Positions 29,018 through 38,988 of a stretch of 55,945 bases of DNA are shown here, piece after piece. Source of the DNA: Corallochytrium limacisporum Hawaii. Lineage: Eukaryota; Protista; Pluriformea. The notes beneath the pieces were generated by a model. The model was given only the letters and a program-made list of their open reading frames with translations. It ran no database searches and was not told the DNA's origin. The translations under genes were made by a program, and so were the position numbers. Every line of letters begins with the position of its first letter. Position 1 is the stretch's first letter. The stretch covers positions 1 to 55,945 of the forward strand of contig PDIP01000099.1 of NCBI GenBank assembly GCA_002811645.1. The letters are read 5' to 3'.

Positions 29018-32000
29018 GTCTTACAGGTCACTAACCGTCATTTCCATCATATTTTTCATCATCCATCACACACGCATCATGACAAGAACATGTTACAGTC
29101 ATCAATAAAGGCGAATAATACTGCTATAACTATCTTTCAATCGATAATACTTACAACAGTTTCACACAACCAAAATGGTTGTTCCCCTGTGCCCGGCACA
29201 GAGATGGCACCCCCCCTCCTCCCACTCCTTCCTTCGCGACCACCGAGGGGTATATTTTACAAATACAGAATCCTAAAATATATTTCTCTTTGATTTAGTT
29301 GACCAGTAGATGTGGGTCGTTGTGGCGGGTCAGTGTCATTTCTGCCATCACCTCCAAATATACCACTGGCTTGGTGTCAGATCAACGCTTACCACGACTC
29401 AATCCGTAACAACTTCAACAGAGTCTCTAGATGCTCATCTGTCTTATTGCCATCGCTCGTGTCCGGAGAAAGTGCCTTATCATGGACGACCAGGAGACCC
29501 ACAAGCACACCTCTGCACGGCCATGGTCTGCGCATACTCGAGGCCGGTCTCTACACAGTATTGCACGCGGGGTTCATGCAGGGCGAGGAAGGGCCCGGCT
29601 TGTTTATCCTATACCCCGTTTCAGCAAATTCATATTCGACGGATTGATGCTGTTGTTATAGCAAGGTGCTATTGCCGACATCTTAGCAGCTATCAAGGCT
29701 GTTTGAGATTCATGTGCACACAGCGACGCCTCTCTTTGGTGTGATTCGCCACAAGGAGGATGGTGGTATTGGGCTGCTTTGATGTGCGAGGAAGGCATAG
29801 AGATATGACGGTGCTGACAGCAACAATGGACGGATGGATGATGACTGCTGAAAAGTTGCCATCACCCCAACCGCGCCACCTGACGGTTGGAACACTCATA
29901 CTCTAATGGCCGCGTCAAATGTCCATGTGCGTGTGTGTGCATGTGCATGTCATCCGGAATTGGGCATCAAAGTCCTTAGCCCTCTTACCACACGGTGCTG
30001 GTATGCGTAGACTGTGCGATGGGACCTAAAGCCCGCAAGGTGTCAGCACACCTTGGCTAGTCCGGCAAAGGCTAGGAACTCACCGCGTTTCTGACCCGCA
30101 AATCGAATTCACCCGAAGAGATGACACCGCTAGAGACCCACAGGGATCTTTTAGGTGGCAATTTGAGCGGGGCATTTTTACATGGAGAATCACTGTGGCC
30201 TACTCATCTCCGTGCCCGCTGACATCTACCTCAGCCTCAAGCTCGCACTCTCTCCCCCTGGATCTCTCTGCGCTACTAGTTTCTCGCTCACGGCTGGTCC
30301 TTGCTATGGTGGTTCGCTGGAGCCCTGCTTCTGTTCTGCTTATTCACCTCGTTCTACCCTCTTTGGTTGGTGGAGCCTCCGCGTTTCCCACTCTCAGTAT
30401 AAAGCAAGCCGCTTCCAGCCCTGGTTTATCCCGTAGCTGCTCCACTTTCCACGTGATTCTGGATCATACGCTTTTTTCATTCCTTCCGGTCGAAGCGCCC
30501 CCTCCCCCCCCCCGGGGGGGGCCCAACCCTCTTTTGTTCTTGGCTTCCCTGTCTCAAAAATGCTAATCTGGCACCCGAGGGCGACGGCTGGCGGTTTAGT
30601 ATTGCCTTTTGTTCACCTCTCTGATACTCTTCTCAGCTATCGACGAAGAATGTGATCACACAAAAAAAATTACAGCCACAGGAATCTTCACACTCTTGCT
30701 TATTGAGCCGATACTGGACAGCGAGAGTGTGGACCATAGAGTTCGGAGGATGGGCGCGATGCTATCCTTCACATCATCGCGAACTGGTTCGTCCTATCGT
30801 CGCGATTTCCTGGTAGCAACAAGGGAAGACCAAAGTTTCTACATTATCCAAAGTTTCATAATGAATCACTTGACCACAGGGCCTAGTTAGACATAAAATT
30901 CTCTAGCCATCTCCTGCCATGGTGTGATATTTGATCGGCCCACGATTTGAGAATTGGTTTTGGGGTTCTCGAAATCCCTTTTGGTGAACCCCCTCCCCCT
31001 CCCCACCACCCCAAGCTCCAACTTTTGGCTTGGAGTGGTGTGATTTGTATACGTGATGTGCAGGGGAGAGAGGAGGGGAATGGAAAATTAAACAGCAGAG
31101 AAGGGGGGGGAGGGGGAGAGTGAGTAAAATTGCCATGCCGCAGTTGAAGTACTGCGCGCGGGGGCGGCGTTGGTGCAATTTGTTGGTCCGTGCCAATTAT
31201 AGATTATAGTCTATTCAGTACCGAAACCCCACCGCATGACAGTGGCGAGACCTATCCCGAAAGGAAAACTGCAAGAGCTTTCAGGAGCACAATTTTTTCT
31301 CGGAGTTTTGCAGTACTGAAATACTGGCAATCCCGCGGGGGCTCCCTCTGACGAGGGGATTTTGGGGGCCCCACGACCTAGCTCTGATCACAAACATTTG
31401 ATTGCAATCGAAATACAATATTATGGGAAATACTGTTCATTTAGCTAATAAACTATTCTGAATTAGATTCGCCAAATCACACTCCTTTACCCCTTTTAAA
31501 AACGATTCATGAATATAAATCATTAAATCAGATTACCTTTGCACGTAACAATTGTAGGCTGTGTCGAGCTGTTGGAAAGTAATCGTGAATATTCATTATG
31601 AAATTGTACACTCATGAATAATATCAAGTGACAGACCGGGTTTGTCTGTCCTTGCCTTCGCTCATAGGAGACAGTAGAATGCAGAAGTGCACATTTCCTC
31701 TGTAATCAGGATATTTTGATGGCACAGTTTATATGAAGTGGAGTTCGAAATGACAAAGTCTTGCTCAGTGGACTATGAGCAGTAATTGCTGGTTGCCTCT
31801 CTTCTGTTGCCAATGCACTCGACCCCCTGTAACCAATCAACTTTATCGTGCTCCTGGACAAAACTCGTGCAAATTAAGTATACAGCGTGGATGTTTGATC
31901 AAAGTGTGATAGTAGACTCAAATTTGGGGCAGACAGTCGTGCGTTCTGGCTGCCAGGTCTCGTGGAGGGAAGGGCTTCCCATATGTTTTATTGAATATTC

Positions 32001-33399
32001 ACTATAGAAAATGAGATTTTCGTAATTTTTGTGAAACATCCGGTTGGCTTACCAATTTCTCTACTCAAACCATGTGTCTCGATTGGTCTGTGCTTTTTCG
32101 ACACTGGGGGTTTCTTGAGAAATCGTGGACCCCTCTGAAACTACATTCAATAGAAAATATATTGAAAGCAAAAAGCCCAGTAGAGTGTCAGGAGGCAACA
32201 CGCACGACAAGCAGGGTTTTGGGGTAGAGTGATTTTGTCATGGTTTTACTTTTACCGAAGCAGTGCGAAGTCCCCCACCTTGGCCAATCCGAAATAGAAA
32301 CGCAAATAGTATCAAAATGTATGAGAAGTAGTATTGGGGAACATGGAACCAACAAACTAAAGATAAGGACAAACGAAAACCTTCAAAGGCCCGGAAGAAC
32401 CACTCTCCCTCCCCCCCCCCTAAAAAGAGGCCCAGGTAACTTATAATAAAGAAAACAACAGAAAGTGTGATGAAAAGTCACATGGTTTCGGTCCTTCTTC
32501 CGGTATTCTTTGTCTTTTTTTTCCCTTTTTTTTCTCCCTTTCTTTTTGGTTTTGGTTTTTCCTTTGGGATTTTGGTTGTCCATTTGGCCAGTGGAGAGGA
32601 GTATGATAAGGCGCGGGGTCTCGGAGAAGGTGGGGGGGAGTCTGAACTCGGGCGGGCCCGATGGGGGGGGGGATCAGATCACGACAAAAATGGCAGCGGA
32701 CTAGTGTGAATCTCCGCGCAAAAAGAAAGGGGAAACTTTTCCTGAAAGCAAAAGTGCCATTACTCTTGCTTCTGGGCCGTGCGGAGCCCAGAGACAGAGT
32801 GCCAGCGCTGTCCCACATTTTCCTTTTTTTTTTTCTTTCGTTCGTTTCTTTCTATATTTTATTGTGCGCGGGTACGGCAAAATTCAGTACTGCGGACGTC
32901 CAACGCAAGTCATCACGCCGCAGGCATGCACCTTCGATGATTGACGTTCTTCTGTCTATTTAATACCTCATCTGATCACGCTCCATATGTTCACTATACA
33001 AAATACCACAGCGTTGCGGGCGTGATCCCTTCCTGAAGGTAGGTGTAGTGTGATGCGTGCGGCGCGCACCCTGGATCTCTGCCGAGGCATCGCGCACCTC
33101 TCCGTCCCATCGGTCCGTTGCGTGTCGAAGAAAAATCGGTGCTTTCAGTATGAAACGGGAGAACATCAGCAAAATCCAAGTCGACTAGGAAAAAATTTGC
33201 AGATTGAATGTCCCCCCTTTCCCCCCTCTTCCGCAGGAAGCGACGTGAATGGGACAATTGCACTGGGACCATATTCTATAAGCTATATTGAGTATAACTT
33301 TGTTCTATTCGACTTATCGGAGACGTATGAGAAATGGGCGTGCGGAGATGAGACCAGATGAGATCTAGGCCACCAGACAATAAGAAATCACGGGACTGC

Positions 33400-34150
33400 C
33401 GGAACTGCGCCGAAAAAAAAAAAGAAAAGCACTCGGCTCATCTTTGCTCCGTGGTCGTACGGTGACACGGCATCACCGGTTCTTACTACCCATATGTAAG
33501 GTATTGAGAATCCGAGGCAAAGGTTTTTGGGGGGGGGGGAGAGGAGGACGAGGAGGTGATGGAGACCAAGGGACAGGGAGAAAGAGAGAGAGAGAGGAGG
33601 GCTGGGGAAGGGGGAGCCACGCAACAGGTCAGCGGGGAGGTGGGGTGGGGTTCTTGTGGTGGTGCAAGCACCGCTTAGCGAACGAGTCTGCCGCCAGTTG
33701 CAGTAGTCAACACACCGGGGGAAAAACTCTCCCCTTGCCTCCTCTCCTCCGTTTTCATTTTCCTTTTGTATTAAACTCTCGTGTAAATCCTCCTGCTCCT
33801 CTCCCCCCCCTTTCCACCCCTCCGAGCGAGAGACTGCCAAGGACATTTCTTTTTTGCCCGGAAAAGCGGAACATAACACACCGGCAGCATTTAACTACCG
33901 CCTGTACCTAACTCTCTTTGCTGTGTGTTGGGTGTGGGGGGGGGGGGTTAGCCTCTCGGCGCTTCGTGGCGGTGGTGTGGTTTGTGTGTGTGTGTGTGTG
34001 CGTGTGTGCGTGTGTTCATCTTGCCGTCTTTGCTTCTTGCCCCAAGGAAAAAATGATAACGTTCATTCAGTACCGCACGAGAGACCCACTGCGGGAAAAG
34101 AGGGGAGGGGGAGGGGGAAGAGGTCGCTAACCCGTGACTCCCCGTGCGCT
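33400..34150 (+). promoter_or_regulatory. GC/G-tract island with (GT)n at 33983-34015, probable proximal promoter of the Mlx/Mondo-like gene
   Basis: Same island-then-AT-rich-leader architecture as the other genes. Confidence 0.4.
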
Positions 34151-34620
34151 TACGTGAGTGGATGGCTTTTCGTAATGAGACAGTTGGGAAACAGTGTCCG
34201 ATGGTACGGTCGCGGAGCGAGTGCGTTCGGCGCGAAGTGTATTCGTTGTTTTGTACTTTCGGTTATTTTTGTAAAGTACGTCCAAAAGAGAATAAGGAAG
34301 TGATGATATAAACCATGCGGCTTTCAGGGACTTATATTTTGGGCATCTATAGCAGTTTGAGCACGACGGCTATTTGGGAAAGGTATGGTACTGCAATTGT
34401 AGGGAGTGTTGTAACACAACTGTAAGGTGATTAAGACAAGACCGGCGGATCGTTTAAAGAATTTAAGAAGGGATTCTTGTCGGGATTCAAGACAAATTTT
34501 GCCTAATTACTTTTGTGTATAAACGTCTCCGGGAATTTGCTATTCTTTCCGGAACAATTGACGGACGTGAAAAAGCAAAGCTTTGCGAGCACTAACGCCA
34601 CAGACAGCAGAAATCAGAAT

Positions 34621-35751
34621 ATGGATACTCTTATGGACTTCCAAGGGCACGGTGCCCCCGCCAACCAGGGCAGTGGCGGCCTCAACGATTTCCTCTGGGA
34701 GGATAACGAAAACCACTACAATGATGTGTGCTTTAATGCCGAGGGTGACATGAACGAGTACGCCGCACCGGGTATGGACAACATTGGCGGTGTCAACCTG
34801 GCCATCAGCGACGCTGAACTGAACAGTACTCTGGCGGATGTCTTTGGTATCTTCCCTGGTGCGAATGCCCCAGGTGTATTCAACACCAACCTCAACGCCC
34901 CTCAAAACAATGATGACTCTCAGGCTAACACACACTCTGATGTGGACTCTGCTAAGAAGCTTGCCCACTCCCCGGCTGCCTCTGCTGCCACCGCCGCTTC
35001 GATCGCCAGCGCAGGCTCCCCTGCTGCCACTGAGGGCGAGAGCGAAGGCAATGCCTCTTCCACTGCCGCCAACGAGCGCACTCTGGAGGAAAAGCGTGCT
35101 GCTCACATCCAGGCCGAGCAGAAGCGCCGCAATAACATCAAGGCTGGCTTTGACGAGCTCCAGTCCATGATTCCGGCCTGCAAGAAGGTACGTACCCGTC
35201 AGTCCAAGGCTGCTATCCTTCGCAAGACCGTGGACTACATCCAGTCCTTGCAGAAGGGCAATGAACAACTCTACACCGAGGTCAACTCCGCCCGCAAGCA
35301 GGTTGACATTCTCAAGATGGTGATCATGAAGTTCCAGCAGTCTGGCCAGGCCGTGGACCCCAACACGGGCGCCGCCACCCCCGGTTCTGTAATGGCTACC
35401 ACGAACGCGAACACAGGCAACACCGTCAAGTTCTACCTTTTCTGTGTCGTGGTAGACAAGCTGTGGGAGAGCTTTGATGCCTCAGTTTCCATCGACAGCC
35501 CGGAGGAGTTTGCCCGTACTCTGTCCCTGTGGCTCCAAAAGTGCTGCAGCCCGGATGCCCTGACAGACCAACTCTACTCGGCTCTGCGTGCCCTCGGCAC
35601 CATGACCCGTGAGAATGCTCTGAGCATCAAGAAGTGGACCGATGCCATCAACGCTGCCCGTGACGCCGTCGCTTCTCGCATCTACGGCGCCACTGCCGGT
35701 GCTCAACAACCGGCTAATTCTCTGAGCAACGGGGAGGCTACCATGGCATGA
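34621..35751 (+). CDS. bHLH-ZIP transcription factor of the Mlx/Mondo family with C-terminal DCD domain, 376 aa
   Basis: KRAAHIQAEQKRRNNIKAGFDEL...SKAAILRKTVDYIQSL, zipper, and VKFYLF...LWESFDASVS..S.EEF...LSLWLQKCCSP (DCD). First ATG at 34621; the ORF track start at 34513 is TTG. Confidence 0.92.
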   Translation: MDTLMDFQGHGAPANQGSGGLNDFLWEDNENHYNDVCFNAEGDMNEYAAPGMDNIGGVNLAISDAELNSTLADVFGIFPGANAPGVFNTNLNAPQNNDDSQANTHSDVDSAKKLAHSPAASAATAASIASAGSPAATEGESEGNASSTAANERTLEEKRAAHIQAEQKRRNNIKAGFDELQSMIPACKKVRTRQSKAAILRKTVDYIQSLQKGNEQLYTEVNSARKQVDILKMVIMKFQQSGQAVDPNTGAATPGSVMATTNANTGNTVKFYLFCVVVDKLWESFDASVSIDSPEEFARTLSLWLQKCCSPDALTDQLYSALRALGTMTRENALSIKKWTDAINAARDAVASRIYGATAGAQQPANSLSNGEATMA

Positions 35752-35834
35752 TGAATGTGTTTATTGTTTTGTAAAAAGTAAGAAAAGACAAATTCTTGAT
35801 CACAGTTCCAATGTGGTCATGTGCCGTTTGGCAC

Positions 35835-35835
<1 letters not shown>

Positions 35836-35866
<31 letters not shown>
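35836..35866. repeat. (AC)n microsatellite between convergent stop codons
   Basis: Seen directly. Confidence 0.9.
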
Positions 35867-35867
<1 letters not shown>

Positions 35868-36001
35868 TCACCGTTCCTCATCTCCACGTTCTCGTATGTA
35901 TATAATTTTGGCATCCATCATATTAAAATAATCCTATCGACTTTTTTTGACCTTGTGATGTTGAGATTGTCATCGTTCTCTGGCAGTGCACAGTTCTGCC
36001 T

Positions 36002-37195
36002 TCATACCAGTCCTATCCGTTTGCCAACTTTGCGCAATGCGTACTTTATGCTGCCGCCAATGCCGGCACTAATGATACCCTTGGCCGTCTGCGTGAAGGA
36101 GTGCCTGCGTACTACTCCGGCGAGCATGGCCGAGAGCAGCAGCGCCAGTTTTTGTGGGGTAGGCTGTTTCTTGCCGACAGCGTCTGCCACCGCAGTGACG
36201 TCGCGGGCGACGGTACCGTTCGAGGGCAGCCCACAGTGCGCTAGGAATTGCTGGCGCACCGGCACCGGCAGCGAGCAAAGTGCTGCTGTCTGCCACCGAC
36301 GGCATTCCGCAGAGTCGGAGTCCGGTAGCAATCCCACTGTGGACCCAGTCATGATACCATCTTCAATGATGGATGCATAACTCCGCGTGGCTTCGTCTTC
36401 CATGTCTTTCAGCGATGCCAGGGCGGGGCGGTAGTAGTCTTGGAAGGCGTCTACACCTGTACCCTTGACAATGTTTGAGACTTTGTTGGGATCCTCAGCC
36501 ACGCCCATGCGCACATCTCCCATATAGCTCAGACCTGCAATACGTGTGAAGAAAGGTCCCGGTGCGAACACATTGTTGCCGCTGCTGCCTGATCCTTCCG
36601 CTTGGGCTGCCCATTGAAGAAGAAAAGCTGCGGTCAAAGCAGCCGATTTGTTCCATAACAGCGCCCGTTCGAGTTCACTTGATGTGTCATTCATAGAAGA
36701 CGACGACCCCGAGTATGGCGGTACTATCCACTGTACAGGCTTATGTAATCGTCCACTGAGGTAGAGGGTGTTCCAGTTCCTGAGGTCGTCCAGGAGATCC
36801 GAGTGCTCCACGACACCGTACTTTACAGGTCTGGTTGTGGCGGAGTGAGGGAACGCGGCATTGGGAATGAACCAGACCCCAGCGCCCATGTACCGTTGAA
36901 GTTGCGTCACCGATCCCGCTCCAAGGACCGAAGAAAACAATAGCGGATAGTGGTTGGCATGGTATGGCACTGAATCGGCTGAGTTCCGACTGATATCCAT
37001 GTTCTGCTGATGCCACGCTTTCGAGTCTTCCACACTTAAGATAAGATCCAGCACATTGTGGCTAACGCCCTTCTGGCCTTGCTGCCGAAACGCACCCGAT
37101 CCGTAAGCAAAGCATGAGACCACTGGAGGTAAGTGATCCAGAATTGCCTCACACTCTACAACTATGGCCTTCTGGCCGTTTTTTGCGCTGCCCAT
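36002..37195 (-). CDS. TAM41: Mitochondrial phosphatidate cytidylyltransferase Tam41/Mmp37, 397 aa
   Basis: FAYGSGAFRQ, VKYGVV, DL.NW.TLYLSGRLHKPV, LSYMGDVRM..AEDPNKVSNIV, QTAKGIISAG. Confidence 0.95.
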   Translation of the reverse strand: MGSAKNGQKAIVVECEAILDHLPPVVSCFAYGSGAFRQQGQKGVSHNVLDLILSVEDSKAWHQQNMDISRNSADSVPYHANHYPLLFSSVLGAGSVTQLQRYMGAGVWFIPNAAFPHSATTRPVKYGVVEHSDLLDDLRNWNTLYLSGRLHKPVQWIVPPYSGSSSSMNDTSSELERALLWNKSAALTAAFLLQWAAQAEGSGSSGNNVFAPGPFFTRIAGLSYMGDVRMGVAEDPNKVSNIVKGTGVDAFQDYYRPALASLKDMEDEATRSYASIIEDGIMTGSTVGLLPDSDSAECRRWQTAALCSLPVPVRQQFLAHCGLPSNGTVARDVTAVADAVGKKQPTPQKLALLLSAMLAGVVRRHSFTQTAKGIISAGIGGSIKYALRKVGKRIGLV

Positions 37196-37466
37196 TGTGC
37201 GCGCCGAGGTGCCTGCGCTCTGCTCGCTCGATCAGCTCAATGCTTTGCAATCAGCGCTATGACTTAATCAAAGACATGGTATTTTTATTTTCTTTAACAT
37301 ATGAACTGCTAAGAACTCACAACTATCATGATCACCGGTCTGGCACGTGGTGCTGGATTCACAGTTGACTTGTCTCAAATAGTCTTTTTTCCTGGGGAGG
37401 GGGGAACACAAAACGGCCGACCGGGGGCGCGGGTTTTGAGGGCCCCACTGGGGCGGGTCGGGAGCC

Positions 37467-37701
37467 NNNNNNNNNNNNNNNNNNNNNNNNNNNNNNNNNN
37501 NNNNNNNNNNNNNNNNNNNNNNNNNNNNNNNNNNNNNNNNNNNNNNNNNNNNNNNNNNNNNNNNNNNNNNNNNNNNNNNNNNNNNNNNNNNNNNNNNNNN
37601 NNNNNNNNNNNNNNNNNNNNNNNNNNNNNNNNNNNNNNNNNNNNNNNNNNNNNNNNNNNNNNNNNNNNNNNNNNNNNNNNNNNNNNNNNNNNNNNNNNNN
37701 N
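37467..37701. other. Assembly gap (N run) inside a GC island
   Basis: Run of N. Confidence 0.99.
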
Positions 37702-37841
37702 GGAGGGGGGGAAAGAATCCCGGGAGGCGAACGGACGCAGAACGGGGATGGGAGGCACGGCGCGCCACTGGTGTAGAATGCGGCGCATGATCTTGCGAAA
37801 GGGGTTTCTTTTAACCCTGCAATGCACAAACGTTTCTTTCG

Positions 37842-38903
37842 TCACACACTATGCTGACCCACCTTACATCTCAACGTGTCCGACGCCTGGTGGATATGCT
37901 TGGAGGAGATTCGACAGCAACCGCCCAGCAATTGCACTCCATGGACCCGTCGTAGGTGATAGAGATGCTCGGCGAAGGAATGCATCGGATCCTCATGTGT
38001 AGCATCCTCTGCGTTCAACGGAATCCATGTTTTTGCCTCTGCGTCCCAACCTTCACCACTGTTGGGATAGCAACAGAGCAGGAAGTCGCCAAAGCCTTGG
38101 GAAGGGGGCGGAGTGATCTCATCAACTACCGAACGTGCCGTTGCAAGCAACGCATCCGTATGCTCTGGGGAGGTACAGTTGACACCAATGGCCAGGATCT
38201 GTTCCCCATTGGCCATTAATGTATCCTTCAGTGCAGTACGGAAGTCTTCACCTGCAGAGGTTTCGGTCGCAGAGCGGCAGGAAAACGTCACCCAGCACCG
38301 GGCTTCCGGGTCTGCCTCAGCGAGCGCCTGCACGGCGACCAGCGCCTCCTTGGCGGAAGGGATCGTCTCAATTGCGTAGAGATCCTGGCCGCTGTCCCGC
38401 AGAGCTTTAAATTGGGCAGTGAAGTGAGCCTTGACCTCTTGCCAGGTTTGAGCATACTCACCACGGTACTCAGAGCCGTCCGCGAGATGTGCGCCGAACG
38501 GACCGATGCTCGCTGCGACTAGAACGTCTGTGTCGGTTCCTTTCCGGTCGCCAATAAATCGTCGCTTGGCCTCTAGGGCCAGATCGGTGCTTTTTCTAAG
38601 CAACGTCAACCCTTCCTCGTTGGACACTTTGGCACGTCCTGCCAAAAGCTGTGGTGTTGCCTGATATGAGCTGGTTATCAGTACATTGGATCCACTGCAA
38701 AGACACCGGAGGTGGGCGTTAATGATTTCTTCCGGGTCGTCAACAATCAACGCTGCAGTCCACAGGACTGGGTCGAACTTGGCATCCTTTCCTCCCAATT
38801 CCTCGGATAAACCACCATCCAGTAGGATGCAACCTTGCCGCGCCAGAACACCTTGGATCTTCTTAAAAAGGGCCAGCCGTCGGATACTGTACGGTTCACA
38901 CAT
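37842..38903 (-). CDS. Homocysteine S-methyltransferase (MmuM/Sam4/Mht1 type), 353 aa
   Basis: LLDGGL..EL, H......G...I.TSSYQA, ASIGPFGA.LADGSEY.G, ETIP, GVNC, YPNSGE.WD, GGCC Zn ligands. Confidence 0.95.
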   Translation of the reverse strand: MCEPYSIRRLALFKKIQGVLARQGCILLDGGLSEELGGKDAKFDPVLWTAALIVDDPEEIINAHLRCLCSGSNVLITSSYQATPQLLAGRAKVSNEEGLTLLRKSTDLALEAKRRFIGDRKGTDTDVLVAASIGPFGAHLADGSEYRGEYAQTWQEVKAHFTAQFKALRDSGQDLYAIETIPSAKEALVAVQALAEADPEARCWVTFSCRSATETSAGEDFRTALKDTLMANGEQILAIGVNCTSPEHTDALLATARSVVDEITPPPSQGFGDFLLCCYPNSGEGWDAEAKTWIPLNAEDATHEDPMHSFAEHLYHLRRVHGVQLLGGCCRISSKHIHQASDTLRCKVGQHSV

Positions 38904-38952
38904 CCTGAAGATTCCTGTAGTTATGGTTGGCTTTGTTGTGTGGGGATCCCAT

Positions 38953-38988
38953 TACTACTACTACTACTACTACTACAACTACTTCTAC
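38953..38988. repeat. (TAC)n trinucleotide repeat, about 8 perfect units then degenerate, 50 bp upstream of the HMT ATG
   Basis: Seen directly. Confidence 0.9.

Noticed and set aside
29838-29884. ATGATGA...CTGA as a C/D snoRNA
   Set aside because: Too short, no terminal stem, and no rRNA complementarity that I can identify.
29310-29900. Protein-like fragments (FSKFIFDGLMLLL*QGAIADILAAIKAV) as a pseudogene
   Set aside because: Too short and too often interrupted to distinguish from chance without a homology search.
31340-31385. CTGACGAG as a hammerhead ribozyme core
   Set aside because: No GAAA after the putative stem II; a simple hairpin explains it.
37344-37349. CACGTG upstream of TAM41 as a Myc/Mlx target site
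   Set aside because: A single hexamer, and several are expected by chance in 56 kb.
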